DNA of 64,000 nucleotides from an uncultured Candidatus Saccharibacteria bacterium (lineage in GTDB: Bacteria > Patescibacteriota > Minisyncoccia > UBA6257 > CAYRSR01), in assembly GCA_964427275.1 (NCBI GenBank), contig CAYRSR010000004.1, positions 2,769 through 66,768 on the forward strand, read 5' to 3'. Positions 9,539-20,454 of the stretch are shown here, piece after piece. The notes under the pieces were generated by a model, which had not been told where the DNA came from, made no database searches, and saw only the letters and a program-made list of their open reading frames with translations. The position numbers were made by a program, and so were the translations under genes. The number at the start of each line of letters is the position of its first letter. Positions within the stretch are counted from its first letter, which is position 1.

Positions 9539-10519
9539 ATGAAAAAATTAATTTCAATTATAATTCCTGTTTACAACGAGGAGAAGAACATTCCTTTGGT
9601 CTATCAAGAGATATTAAAAATCTGGAGTGAATTAGAAAGTAAATATGATTATGAAATTATTTTTGTTGATGATGGAAGTCAGGATAAAAGTAGCGAAATA
9701 ATAGAAAATTTGGCTGAAGTTGATAAAAAAGTTAAGTATATTCAATTTTCTCGCAATTTTGGCAAAGAAATTGCTACTTCTGCTGGAATCTATTATTCCA
9801 AAGGTGATGCAGCAATTATACTTGATGCTGATTTACAACATCCTGTAGAGTTAATTCCAAAATTTATTGAAAAATGGGAAAATGGAGTTGATATTGTTGT
9901 AGGAATCAGACAGAAGAACAAAAAAGAAGGACTAATTAAAAGAGTTGGTTCATACTGGTTTTATAAGATAATGAACCTTATTGGAGAAACTAAAATTGTT
10001 CCGCGGGCAACTGATTATCGGTTAATTGATAAAAAAGTTATTCAAGAGTTTAATCGTTTTACTGAAAGAAATAGAATCACTCGAGGATTAATTGACTGGC
10101 TGGGATTTAAAAGAGATTACATTTATTTTAAAGCTAACCAGAGAAAGTTTGGTAAAGCTAGTTATAGTTTTTTAAAATTAGTTAAACTAGCTTTGTCTAG
10201 TTTTGTGTCTTTAAGTTTATTTCCCTTGAAATTTGCCGGGTATTTAGGAATCACTATCACTTTCTTTTCTGGTATTTTTGGGGTTTTTATTTTGGTTGAG
10301 AAATATATTTTGGACGACCCTTTAAATTTAAATATTACTGGCACTGCTTCTTTAGCAGTACTGATTTTATTTCTAATTGGCATAGTTTTAAGTAGTCTGG
10401 GTTTGATAACCTTGTATATTGCTAATATTTATAGCGAAGTTCTTAATAGGCCAATTTATGTGATTAAAAAAAAGAAAAATTTTAATTTAAAAGAAGATAA
10501 TAGGAAAACTAAAAATTGA
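9539..10519 (+). CDS. GT2 polyprenol-phosphate glycosyltransferase (GtrB/DPM1-like)
   Basis: IPVYNEE, VDDGSQD, FSRNFGKE, DADLQHP, two C-terminal TM helices, RPIY. Confidence 0.92.
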   Translation: MKKLISIIIPVYNEEKNIPLVYQEILKIWSELESKYDYEIIFVDDGSQDKSSEIIENLAEVDKKVKYIQFSRNFGKEIATSAGIYYSKGDAAIILDADLQHPVELIPKFIEKWENGVDIVVGIRQKNKKEGLIKRVGSYWFYKIMNLIGETKIVPRATDYRLIDKKVIQEFNRFTERNRITRGLIDWLGFKRDYIYFKANQRKFGKASYSFLKLVKLALSSFVSLSLFPLKFAGYLGITITFFSGIFGVFILVEKYILDDPLNLNITGTASLAVLILFLIGIVLSSLGLITLYIANIYSEVLNRPIYVIKKKKNFNLKEDNRKTKN

Positions 10520-10571
10520 ATTTCTTTTTCTAGTAAAGTGCGGGTTTAAAAGAGTTTGAAGTTAAAATAAT

Positions 10572-11690
10572 ATGAAAATATTGTGGTTAACCTGGAAGGA
10601 TAGAAAGCATCCACTAGCTGGGGGTGCAGAAATAGTTAATGAAGAATTGGCTAAGAGATTAACTAAAAATGGTTATGAGATTATCTTTATTGTTAGTGGA
10701 TTTCCTGGTGCAGCTAAAAAAGAAATGATTAATGGTTATAAAGTAGTTCGCTTGGGAAATCGGTGGACAGTTTATTGGAGGGCATACCAATATTACAAAA
10801 AACACTTGTCTAATTGGCTAGATTTAGTAATTGATGAAATAAATACAGTTCCTTTCTTTGCAAAGTTTTACGTTAAAACGAAGAATATTTTATTCATTCA
10901 TCAACTTTGTCGGGAGATTTGGTTTTATGAAATGTTCTTTCCATTGAATTTAATTGGGTATTTATTAGAGCCTGTTTATTTATGGCTTCTGCGGGATAGA
11001 AAAGTAATCACTGTTTCCGAGAGCACCAAAAAAGATTTAATAAGGTACGGTTTTAAAAAAGAAAATGTTTATGTTATTTCAGAAGGAATAGAGATTGAGC
11101 CACTAAAAAATTTACCGTCGGTTAAAGAAGTTAAAGAGAAGAATCCAACAATTTTATTTTTAGGTACACTAAGAAGAATGAAAAGACCAGAACAGGTAAT
11201 TAAGGCTTTTGAACTTGTTAAAAAGAAGATAAAAAATTTAAAACTATGGATAGCTGGAGGAGGAAAAGGAAGATATTTTAAAAAGATAATGCGATTGATT
11301 AGAAACTCTAGGTATAAAAAAGATATTGTTTATTTTGGGAAAGTAAATAAAAAAAAGAAATATGAACTATTACTAAAGGCTCATTTACTTTGTGTTACTT
11401 CAGTTAAAGAAGGCTGGGGATTGGTTGTAGCTGAGGCTAATAGCCAAGGAACTCCAGCAATTGTTTACAACGTTGATGGCTTGCGGGATGCAGTGAAAGA
11501 TAATAAAACTGGTATTGTTTGCCAGCAAAATACTCCTGAAAATTTAGCTCAAAACATTATTGAATTATTGAGAAATAAAGAAAAATATGATTTTTTGAGA
11601 AAAAATGCTTGGGAACTATCAAAGGAAATAACTTTTGAAAAGAGCCTAGGACAGTTTAAAAAAATTGTTGAAGAAATAAAAAATGAATAA
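10572..11690 (+). CDS. GT4 glycosyltransferase
   Basis: AGGAE, TVSESTK, EGWGLVVAEA (EX7E). Confidence 0.92.
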   Translation: MKILWLTWKDRKHPLAGGAEIVNEELAKRLTKNGYEIIFIVSGFPGAAKKEMINGYKVVRLGNRWTVYWRAYQYYKKHLSNWLDLVIDEINTVPFFAKFYVKTKNILFIHQLCREIWFYEMFFPLNLIGYLLEPVYLWLLRDRKVITVSESTKKDLIRYGFKKENVYVISEGIEIEPLKNLPSVKEVKEKNPTILFLGTLRRMKRPEQVIKAFELVKKKIKNLKLWIAGGGKGRYFKKIMRLIRNSRYKKDIVYFGKVNKKKKYELLLKAHLLCVTSVKEGWGLVVAEANSQGTPAIVYNVDGLRDAVKDNKTGIVCQQNTPENLAQNIIELLRNKEKYDFLRKNAWELSKEITFEKSLGQFKKIVEEIKNE

Positions 11691-12525
11691 TCAACCATTA
11701 GTTTCAATAGTAATACCAACAAAAAACTCAGGAAGATTTTTAGAAAGGTGTTTAGATTCAATAAAGAAACAGACTTATAGAAACATTGAAATAATAGTTG
11801 TTGATAATAAGAGTGATGATAATACAAGAAAAGTTGCTAGAAGATATACTGATAAAGTTTTTGTAGTAGATGCAGGGGAAAGAAGTGAGCAAATAAATTT
11901 CGGCATTAAAAAAAGTAAAGGGAAGTATGTTTATAGAGTAGACTCAGATTTTATTTTAGATTCTAATGTGGTTAAAGAGGCAGTTGAAAAGTGTGAAAAA
12001 GAAGGATATGATGCAATTTGCATTCATAATACTTCAGATCCTACCGTTAGCTTTTGGGCAAGAGTAAGAAAGTTAGAAAGAGATTGTTACAAGGGTGATG
12101 AGTTAAATGTAGGGGCAAGATTTTTTAGAAAGGATATTGTTAAAGAAATTGGAGGTTTTGATGAAAGGTTAGTAGCGGCGGAAGATTATGATTTTCATAA
12201 CCGGCTTTTAAAAGCAGGTTATAAAATTGGTAGAATTAAAGCGGAAGAAATTCACTTAGGGGAGCCAAAATCTTTGTGGGAAGTTGCTAAGAAACACTAT
12301 TATTATGGAAAGACAATAGTCAGATTCATTGAAAAAAATAGAGGGAGGGGAATAAAGCAACTAAATCCTATAAGACCTGCTTTTATCAGACATTGGAAAG
12401 AATTCGCAAGACATCCACTTTTAACTTTCGGCTTTATAGTTTATCAGTTGGTTAAATATTTTTCAGGAGGACTAGGATATTTAAAAGCAAAATTAGGTTG
12501 TAAGGTTTATAATAAGCCAAAATAG
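11683..12525 (+). CDS. GT2 glycosyltransferase
   Basis: VSIVIPTKN, VVDNKSDD, VDSD, GGFDE...EDYDF. Confidence 0.92.
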   Translation: MNNQPLVSIVIPTKNSGRFLERCLDSIKKQTYRNIEIIVVDNKSDDNTRKVARRYTDKVFVVDAGERSEQINFGIKKSKGKYVYRVDSDFILDSNVVKEAVEKCEKEGYDAICIHNTSDPTVSFWARVRKLERDCYKGDELNVGARFFRKDIVKEIGGFDERLVAAEDYDFHNRLLKAGYKIGRIKAEEIHLGEPKSLWEVAKKHYYYGKTIVRFIEKNRGRGIKQLNPIRPAFIRHWKEFARHPLLTFGFIVYQLVKYFSGGLGYLKAKLGCKVYNKPK

Positions 12526-12561
12526 GGCTTAGGTATAAATTTTTGAAGATAAATTAAACAA

Positions 12562-13479
12562 ATGACCAACCAACCATTAGTTTCTGTAGTTATTCCTACA
12601 TGTAATAGAGAGAGGAAGCTGACCAGACTGGTGAGTTCAATTTTAAACTCTAACTATCCTAAGAATAGATTAGAAATAATTGTAATTGATGATAATTCTA
12701 CAGATGCAACATATAGGGATATCGAAAAATATCCAAATATTACAATCGTAAGGAATAACAAAAAACTTTTTCCATCAAAGTTAAGAAATATTGGGATAAG
12801 AAAGGCAACCGGAAAGTATATTCTTTTTATTGATGATGACAATGTGGTTGAAAAAGACATGATTTTGAATCTGGTTTGTTTTATGGAAAATCATAAATCT
12901 GTGGGAATAGTAGCACCCTTAATGCTATACTATGGAAGTAATCTTATTTGGTGTGCTGGAATTAAAAGGAATATGCTTACCAGCCTTACCAGTTTTTTGC
13001 TTAATGGCAAGGACTATACAAAAGTAAAGCTACCAAAGATAATAGAGTCTGATGATTTTCCAAATTGTTTTATGACCAGAAGAGATATAATTCTGAAGTA
13101 TGGTATTTATTTTGATGAGATACTTTTTCCTATTCATTACGAAGAATCGGACTTTTGTCGAAAGGTTCATTCAAAAGGTTATAAAATAGTTATGTTCTCT
13201 AACGCTAAGGTTTGGCATGATGTTGGACTACCAGGAAAGCCTCATAATATATTTGATAACCAAAGCCCTCAGCGTTTATTTTACACTGCCCGTAACAGAA
13301 TACTATTTCACAAAAAATATACTCCCTGGTATAAATATATCTTGTTTCTTTTCTTATTTTTACCACTTCTAACTTTCTATTATCTTTATAAAGGTATTGT
13401 ATCTAATACAGAGAATAAAATCTTAAAGATAACTTCGTTCCTTAATGGTGTCTGGAAGGGCATTTTTATGTCAGTATGA
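12562..13479 (+). CDS. GT2 glycosyltransferase (rhamnosyl/galactofuranosyl-transferase-like)
   Basis: VSVVIPT, IDDNSTD, IDDDN, YEESDFC, ARNRILF. Confidence 0.9.
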   Translation: MTNQPLVSVVIPTCNRERKLTRLVSSILNSNYPKNRLEIIVIDDNSTDATYRDIEKYPNITIVRNNKKLFPSKLRNIGIRKATGKYILFIDDDNVVEKDMILNLVCFMENHKSVGIVAPLMLYYGSNLIWCAGIKRNMLTSLTSFLLNGKDYTKVKLPKIIESDDFPNCFMTRRDIILKYGIYFDEILFPIHYEESDFCRKVHSKGYKIVMFSNAKVWHDVGLPGKPHNIFDNQSPQRLFYTARNRILFHKKYTPWYKYILFLFLFLPLLTFYYLYKGIVSNTENKILKITSFLNGVWKGIFMSV

Positions 13480-14615
13480 AGATAGCTATAGTTTCAAAGT
13501 ATGCTCCTGCTGATACTGGCGGTTTAGAATCTGTGGTAAATGGAATAATAAGTGTTATTAGAAGGTCAGGTTTTAATTTTGATATAACTGTCTTTTATCA
13601 GAGAAAAAGAAGAGGTGATAAATTTACTTCTGAAGAATATAAGTCCAAAGAGGTAATGGTGCCGGACATACCAGTTGTTTCGGAGGTTATTTATAATTTT
13701 ATCTGTGGAATAAAATGTGCTTCGGGGAACTACGATATTGTACATACTCATGGTGTTACAGGTGCTGGATATGCTCTTATAAGAAGATTTATTAGAGATA
13801 AAGCCAAATTTATTCATACTTTCCATGGAATTTCTTACAAGTCTTTAGAGTGCTATGTTAAAAGATTTGGATTTCCAGGAAATGTATTGGTTCAAATCTA
13901 TAGAACTATCATGTCTTACCTTGAAAAATTAGCCGGAAGGAAATGTGATGTTGCTGTTGCGGTATCTGAGGGAGTTAAAAGGGACCTGGTAAAGTATTAT
14001 GGAATACCTGAAAGTAAAATAACTGTTATACATAATGCTGTTGATACAGAAGTTTTTTACCCGATGTCGAAAGATAAAGCCAAAGAGCTATTGAAGCTGG
14101 ATAAGAGCAAAAAGTATATTCTTTTTGTGGGTAAAGAAGCTTTTAGAAAAGGGATGGACATAGCTATTAATGCTATGAGGTATTTAAAATTTGACAATAT
14201 TGTGCTATTAATAGTAGGTCCAGCTAAGATTGACTTTAAAGAAGATAACATTATAAGCTTAGGAGAGCTTTCAAGAAAGAAAATGGTTTTTGTTTATAAT
14301 ACTGCAGAGGTTTTAATATTACCTTCAAGATACGAAGGGCATCCTATTACAGCCCTGGAGGCACTATCTTGCGGTCTTCCGTTGATTGTATCTAGAGAGT
14401 CAAATGTAGAGATTATTAATAAGAATCAAGGAATTGTAATTAATGAAAATAAGCCAGAATTATTTGCTACTGAAATAAAAAAGCTTTTGAAAAGTGAAGA
14501 ATTAAAAGAAATGTCAAACTCGTGTCGAAAGCTAGCAGAAAAATATTCGGTTAATAATCAATACAAGAAATACTTAGAATTATATTTGAGTTTTTATGAA
14601 TCAAGAAACTATTAG
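13476..14615 (+). CDS. GT4 glycosyltransferase
   Basis: TGGLE, HTFHG, AVSEGV, PSRYEGHPITALEALSCG. Confidence 0.92.
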   Translation: MKIAIVSKYAPADTGGLESVVNGIISVIRRSGFNFDITVFYQRKRRGDKFTSEEYKSKEVMVPDIPVVSEVIYNFICGIKCASGNYDIVHTHGVTGAGYALIRRFIRDKAKFIHTFHGISYKSLECYVKRFGFPGNVLVQIYRTIMSYLEKLAGRKCDVAVAVSEGVKRDLVKYYGIPESKITVIHNAVDTEVFYPMSKDKAKELLKLDKSKKYILFVGKEAFRKGMDIAINAMRYLKFDNIVLLIVGPAKIDFKEDNIISLGELSRKKMVFVYNTAEVLILPSRYEGHPITALEALSCGLPLIVSRESNVEIINKNQGIVINENKPELFATEIKKLLKSEELKEMSNSCRKLAEKYSVNNQYKKYLELYLSFYESRNY

Positions 14616-15321
14616 CTCCTGGTACAATAATTTTTATACCCGCAAAGAAGTAAATAAGAAATTGTCCCCATGGAGGCGTACAACATTTCAGCTTATCTGT
14701 GAACTAGGCTTGAAAGGTAAAATACTGGATGTTGGTTGTGGTGATGGAGGGTTGCTATTTGAACTAATTAAATCTTCAATGTTTGGTAAGGAAGATATTT
14801 ATGGTATTGATATATCTAAATCTGCGATTAATATTTCACGAGCCCGATTGGGAATACCAGAGGAGCATCTTAAAACTTATGATATTGAATCTAGTGAATT
14901 ACCGTTTCGGCAGGAATTTTTTGATATAGTGGTAATGAATGATGTTATAGAACATCTTCAACATCCTTTTAAGAGCTTACCTAAGACACTAAAAATGCTT
15001 AAAGTAAAAGGCCACTTAGTTATTTCTTTCCCTAATTATACAAATTTACCTTGGCTTGCACTTAGAATATTGGCAGAGAAATTAAAAAGACCGGGGTGGA
15101 TAGTCCTTCAACCTGTTGACCATATATTTTTTTATAGAGGACTTAAGGATTTACTAGTTAAAAGGTTTGGTTTAAAGTTTATTACTAGCAGGGGCAGTGT
15201 CTTTTTCCCGCCGCTATTATATAAATTTGAACCTCGGATTTTCAGTTTAGTTTTGAATAAACTTGGATTAGCTTTTCTTTCATTTCACCCTGTTTTAGTT
15301 TTTAAGAAAAATGAGAAATAA
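14596..15321 (+). CDS. Class I SAM-dependent methyltransferase
   Basis: ILDVGCGDG, GIDIS, DVIEHL, SFPN. Confidence 0.9.
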   Translation: MNQETISSWYNNFYTRKEVNKKLSPWRRTTFQLICELGLKGKILDVGCGDGGLLFELIKSSMFGKEDIYGIDISKSAINISRARLGIPEEHLKTYDIESSELPFRQEFFDIVVMNDVIEHLQHPFKSLPKTLKMLKVKGHLVISFPNYTNLPWLALRILAEKLKRPGWIVLQPVDHIFFYRGLKDLLVKRFGLKFITSRGSVFFPPLLYKFEPRIFSLVLNKLGLAFLSFHPVLVFKKNEK

Positions 15322-16903
15322 TACTATTATCGTAATTTCTGGTTCTTCAGGTTCGGGTAAGACAACTATATCCAGAAAACTATACTTTACCTTGTCTACT
15401 TGCGGCTTGGATGCTGTATATAGAGAGTGGGAAAATAATCCTGATGATTATTTCTTACTTAAAATACCGCTGAAGTTATTAATAAAGTTTTTTCCTAGAA
15501 TACATAAATCCAATCTGGAGCGTTTGGTTCAGGGACCTAAAAACAATAAGTTTCCATTAAGGTTTAAGATATGGCCATTTTTTATCTGGTTAGATCGATT
15601 GGCCGAGATATTTTACTTGAGATTTTTTAAGCCGCATAATGTAACAGTAATTCATAGATACATTCATGGAGTATTGATTGCTCTCCTTGGATATTATGGA
15701 TGGGGAAAAAATGAACTCATAGACAAGCTTTATTTTCCAAAACCAGATATTTTCATTATGTTGGATACTACACCAGAAGAGGTTATGAAGCGTGGCGCAG
15801 ATTATCCGACCCTTAAAGATGCTGAATATTGGAGAAAAAATTTCCTAAATATTGCAGATAAAAATGGTTATCCAATAGTTGACTCTTCGTATGATGTAGA
15901 AACTACATTTAGAAATTGCTTAAGAGTAATTGTTTCAAGAATGATGAAAAATCAGGAAGATATGGTTCTGCACCTACTTAGTGATCCATATAACTACTAC
16001 GATAGGGAATTATTAGAGAGAATAGATTTTAGAAAGCTGGATTATAATTATTTGTACTCCTATGTATTAGAACTTGGAATTGGCTTTCAGGCACTTGGCT
16101 CATTGCTTGAGTATGATATACCAGAAATATGGAGGAATAAGTTCAGTAATAAATTACTTGAACTTGAAAATTATTCCAGAAAAGTATCGAGTGCAATCAA
16201 AGAAATTCACAATCTTTTTAAGCAAAACAATATTAAATATGTAATGTTTAAGACCAATAGGCCATATAAGCATGTTTCTAGGGATATTGATATTTTGGTA
16301 GATGATTATAAGAAGGCATTTTCTGTACTTAAAAAAGATGGATGGGTTACAGACCTGGAGCAAATTCTACTTAGTGAAGTTCATTTAAAAAAAGGCAATA
16401 TAGTATTGGACTTGCATGATAAAATAGAAAGGTTACCTAAGAAACTTCTTCTTGAAAATGTTATTAAAAATAAAGAAGAAATTAATATTCCAAAGCCAGA
16501 ATTAGAGGTACTATCAATATTACTTGAATGTATAGAGGATTTGCAAATGGATTTAGAAGATATTCACTATATCAGGGGATTGGTTAAAGAGAATGATATA
16601 AACTGGAAGGAAGTATACAATCTTTCCAAAGTTTTAGGTGTTTATAAAAAAATAAATCAACTTCTTTCAATTGTTAGACTTAAAGACATTTTTTATTATT
16701 CTGGAAAATTAAGTAGAAAATTACCCGAGATTAAAGACTCTGGAATTGACTTTCAAAAGAGTTTAATATCTTTAGTTTATCAATTTAGATTAGCAAAAGT
16801 TAAAAAGAGATTATTATTTTTAAAATTAGCAATTAGACGCTTAATAAGCAGTCCTTTTAAGACAATTAGGGCGGGCTTTAAGAGATATATTTTTAGAAGG
16901 TAA
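15311..16903 (+). CDS. Fusion of thymidylate-kinase-like P-loop kinase and Pol-beta-type nucleotidyltransferase
   Basis: GSSGSGKTT, HRY, PKPDIFIMLDT in N-half; YVMFK, RDIDILV, LDLH in C-half. Confidence 0.7.
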   Translation: MRNNTIIVISGSSGSGKTTISRKLYFTLSTCGLDAVYREWENNPDDYFLLKIPLKLLIKFFPRIHKSNLERLVQGPKNNKFPLRFKIWPFFIWLDRLAEIFYLRFFKPHNVTVIHRYIHGVLIALLGYYGWGKNELIDKLYFPKPDIFIMLDTTPEEVMKRGADYPTLKDAEYWRKNFLNIADKNGYPIVDSSYDVETTFRNCLRVIVSRMMKNQEDMVLHLLSDPYNYYDRELLERIDFRKLDYNYLYSYVLELGIGFQALGSLLEYDIPEIWRNKFSNKLLELENYSRKVSSAIKEIHNLFKQNNIKYVMFKTNRPYKHVSRDIDILVDDYKKAFSVLKKDGWVTDLEQILLSEVHLKKGNIVLDLHDKIERLPKKLLLENVIKNKEEINIPKPELEVLSILLECIEDLQMDLEDIHYIRGLVKENDINWKEVYNLSKVLGVYKKINQLLSIVRLKDIFYYSGKLSRKLPEIKDSGIDFQKSLISLVYQFRLAKVKKRLLFLKLAIRRLISSPFKTIRAGFKRYIFRR

Positions 16904-16925
16904 AATTTATACATAAAACAATTAA

Positions 16926-19900
16926 ATGATACCAATACTATCAAAATTACTGAATTGGATTAATTCTAAAGACAGGCGAGATTATTTTTTAGCTGGGATA
17001 ATTATATTAGCTCTTGTTTTTTTAGAATACCGGCTACTTATCTTTGAAAGTATTAACTACATAGGAAAAGGATATTTTAAATTCTCAAAAATCCCGTTTA
17101 CTTTAAAAGAATCATTTCAGTTTTTGCCCTTAATTTTAATAGATTGGGCTTCGCTTCCAGGAGGATGTGCTGTAACATTGCTAGCCGGACTTTATCATCT
17201 TTTGGGAGGATTAGCTATCTTTGCATTTATAAGAATCTACTTAAAAGACCTTTTTAAGGAAAATAATCTCTTTTTACCTGCTTTTCTTGGAACTTTATTG
17301 TTTATGTTTTATCCCTGGAACACCACAGGTGATAACTTTCCCACGTTGGTTATGGTTAGATTTTTATTTCCATTGGCCCTTCTTTGTGCATTTAAGGGTA
17401 TAAAACATAATTCTACCTGTGCATTACTGCTTTCCGGAATAATAATTTCACTTGCAACTTTAGCTGACCCACGTGCTATTGTGTTTTTTATTCCAATTAT
17501 TTTTTTTGTAATTTTACTGCCACATTTATTGATAAGGGAAACAGGAAATCTCAAGTTATACCTTTTTCGATTTATAGGTCTTTTAGTTATTTCTACAATT
17601 TTTTCTTCTCTTGAGATTGCATATAGAGTTTTAAAATCATTCTCAGCTGGAAAAGCAAGTATTCCTACAACAGTGGCATCTGCATTTAATCCAGATTCAT
17701 TTATTCCAAATTTTAAATATGCAGATTTAATATCAACTTTTCAGGGTATTTCTTTCCTTGCAACAGGAGAACAATTTTTAAAAATTCTAAAAGAAATTCC
17801 GTTTCTTTATAACTTGTTTTTAATAGCTCCATTATTAGCAGTTGCTGTTATTTTTATGATTCTTCTCAAATATCATCGAACTCAGAAGTTGAGGGCTCAT
17901 ATTTTATCATTGGTTCTTTTTATATTAATAGTTATTGGACTATTTTCTAGATTGGTTCCGAATAAGTTGCCACTATTTCCAAGAATAGCTTGTAGTTTTG
18001 TAGGGTCTAAAATACCAGGTATCATAACTTCTCTATTTTTATTGTTCCGAACCGAAAGATTTTTGAATCTTTCAATGATGATTTTTTTGGGATTATCAGC
18101 TGGAATAAGCATAAAACTATTGCGGAATAGTCGAAATTCTTTCTTTAAAATACTTTTTGTTAGCGGTGTTTTAGTTTCTGTGGTAGTTGTGTGGGGTATT
18201 CCAGTTATCATGGATGGACACGGACTGGTTAATAGAGGAGGAATAATTTTTGAGATTGACGAAGAATCTTTAGCGTTGTCAAAGGTAATTAGTGATATAA
18301 AACCATACTCAGTGATAGATAAATCAATTCCTTTACAAAAAGGATCTGGCGGATTACCAAATGCACATTTCTTATCTAATGTTGAAGCTGGTGTAAAGCA
18401 ATTTCTGGTAAGGTATAGCACAGAAACATCTAAAGGATTTAGAAGTCCAATTCTAATTGATAAGGATTATGATTTTTTGGCGCACTTGTTAAATCAGATG
18501 GGAGTTAAATACTTAATTTTGAATGGATATAGGGCTGAGCCAAATGACCCAGCAATGTTTAAAAAAGAACTTAACCAATCTCCCTATTTTAGATTTAGAA
18601 GTAAGTCAGGTAGTGTATATGGCTATGAAATCCAGAAAGAAATAAAACCCAAAATTGCTGATGGCCTGTTTGTTCTAGGCGGGCTGGAGGATTATCGAAA
18701 AGCATATCCGTTTTTTGAAAAACAAAACTTAGATGTTGCCCCAATATTTCTTGATGCTCCAGTAGATTTTACTGTTTTAAAAAGATTTCACTTTCCATTG
18801 CTAGTAAGTACTCATAAAACCAAAACTGACTTAATAGCAAGCTTTTGTATTTCACATAAAGACGCAGAAATACTAACTCCTGCAAAGTGGAAAACTGGAA
18901 CTTGGAATAGATTTGTTCGCTGGTCTCCGGGGTACATTATGGATACAATAAGCGGAATGTGGTCTCACATACTGCCAGACCTTATAAACTATGAATGGAG
19001 TTACACCTATAGACCGGACTATGGCAATGTCTTTGTAATAAATGCTGAAAGTTCAATTTCAACCGAAGTAAATTTAAATCCCGGTAAATATAGAGTTTTG
19101 ATACGTGTCTTAATGAATCCTAGAGGAGGTGTTATAAATTTAAAATTAGGAGGTTTCTCTAAGGATATTGTTACAAAATGGGATTATGATAGCAGTGAGT
19201 TTATCTGGAAAGACCTTGGAGTATATGATTTTACTGGTTCTAAACTTAAGGTCATTCTGAGAAGTTTTGAAGGGGTAAATGCAGTTAATTTAATAGTTGC
19301 TATTCCACAAAAGGATTGGGAAGAAATAACAAAGAAGGTAAAACAATTTATAAAGGAGCGTGAAATTATATATATTGTGGATCCAGAGCGACAGAGAACT
19401 AATCCTACAGATGGTTCTGTTGCAACAGAAATGAAATTACTAAAATCAGGTAGTTATAAAGCTTCATCCCTTTCTAATGTAAAGTTTGAAATAATTCAGG
19501 ATTCAATACTACAGTCAAATAACCAAATTACATACTTTCAGGGTAAATATATAACCATTTCTTTTCCTAAATATAGAGATATATTGTTTTCTTCTTTTTT
19601 TGAAAAAGAAGAAGGTTTGTGGACTGATCTAGATTCTAGATTTTCAGTCTCCTATGTTAATGATGGATATGTAGGCAAATCAATTCTTGTTTCAACTACC
19701 ACTCAACAACCTGGTAGCTGGAGCTGGATTAAGGGACCATTAATTGAGGTTAAACCTAATCATAAATATCAGTTTAAATCTGCTATGAAGTGGGAAAATG
19801 TTGTTCAATCTCACATATCTATTGATGGTATTAAAAAAGATGGTTCAGTTGTTAGATTGGGTCTTTTGCCTTCAGGAAAAGATGGTGAATCAGATTGGGT

Positions 19901-20450
19901 TGAGTATTCAACCATTAAAGAAATTCCTTCGGATATAGTAAAGGTTAGGTTTGTGCTTAATGCTGGCTGGGCTGAAAAAAGTGATAAGCCGGCTAAAACA
20001 TGGTTTGATAACATATTGATAAAAAGACTGAAGACCTCAAAAAAAGGTAATCAGGCCATATTGCTTCATACTTCTGAATTAGGTCAAATTTATAATAACT
20101 CAGATTTCAAAATAGTTTCCTATAAGATTAATGAATACAACAAGACTCATAAAGGATATGATATCAGTTTGAAAGGAAGTGGTGAAAAAGTCTTGTCAAT
20201 TCCAGAAATTTATGATGGCATGTGGAAATTAGAAAATTCAACATTTCAATCTATAGCTGTTCCTGTGTATTATATCCTTAATGGTTTTGCGATAAACTCC
20301 TTTGACAATCAAATTCATCATTTTACTCTTTATAACACTAAAGAAAGATTGGATAGAATATTAGAAAGTTTTTACTTTACTAGTTTAATTTTCATATTGT
20401 TTGGAATGATTGTTTTTTATTGGATTAAAAGAAGTCAATTTTTTAAATGA
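16926..20450 (+). CDS. Large polytopic membrane protein, putative GT-C glycosyltransferase with extracellular carbohydrate-binding-like domains
   Basis: About 11 N-terminal TMs, FRTERF, LNQMGVKYLI, beta-rich region ending WFDNILI, YDGMW, C-terminal TM. Confidence 0.6.
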   Translation: MIPILSKLLNWINSKDRRDYFLAGIIILALVFLEYRLLIFESINYIGKGYFKFSKIPFTLKESFQFLPLILIDWASLPGGCAVTLLAGLYHLLGGLAIFAFIRIYLKDLFKENNLFLPAFLGTLLFMFYPWNTTGDNFPTLVMVRFLFPLALLCAFKGIKHNSTCALLLSGIIISLATLADPRAIVFFIPIIFFVILLPHLLIRETGNLKLYLFRFIGLLVISTIFSSLEIAYRVLKSFSAGKASIPTTVASAFNPDSFIPNFKYADLISTFQGISFLATGEQFLKILKEIPFLYNLFLIAPLLAVAVIFMILLKYHRTQKLRAHILSLVLFILIVIGLFSRLVPNKLPLFPRIACSFVGSKIPGIITSLFLLFRTERFLNLSMMIFLGLSAGISIKLLRNSRNSFFKILFVSGVLVSVVVVWGIPVIMDGHGLVNRGGIIFEIDEESLALSKVISDIKPYSVIDKSIPLQKGSGGLPNAHFLSNVEAGVKQFLVRYSTETSKGFRSPILIDKDYDFLAHLLNQMGVKYLILNGYRAEPNDPAMFKKELNQSPYFRFRSKSGSVYGYEIQKEIKPKIADGLFVLGGLEDYRKAYPFFEKQNLDVAPIFLDAPVDFTVLKRFHFPLLVSTHKTKTDLIASFCISHKDAEILTPAKWKTGTWNRFVRWSPGYIMDTISGMWSHILPDLINYEWSYTYRPDYGNVFVINAESSISTEVNLNPGKYRVLIRVLMNPRGGVINLKLGGFSKDIVTKWDYDSSEFIWKDLGVYDFTGSKLKVILRSFEGVNAVNLIVAIPQKDWEEITKKVKQFIKEREIIYIVDPERQRTNPTDGSVATEMKLLKSGSYKASSLSNVKFEIIQDSILQSNNQITYFQGKYITISFPKYRDILFSSFFEKEEGLWTDLDSRFSVSYVNDGYVGKSILVSTTTQQPGSWSWIKGPLIEVKPNHKYQFKSAMKWENVVQSHISIDGIKKDGSVVRLGLLPSGKDGESDWVEYSTIKEIPSDIVKVRFVLNAGWAEKSDKPAKTWFDNILIKRLKTSKKGNQAILLHTSELGQIYNNSDFKIVSYKINEYNKTHKGYDISLKGSGEKVLSIPEIYDGMWKLENSTFQSIAVPVYYILNGFAINSFDNQIHHFTLYNTKERLDRILESFYFTSLIFILFGMIVFYWIKRSQFFK

Positions 20451-20454
20451 TTCT

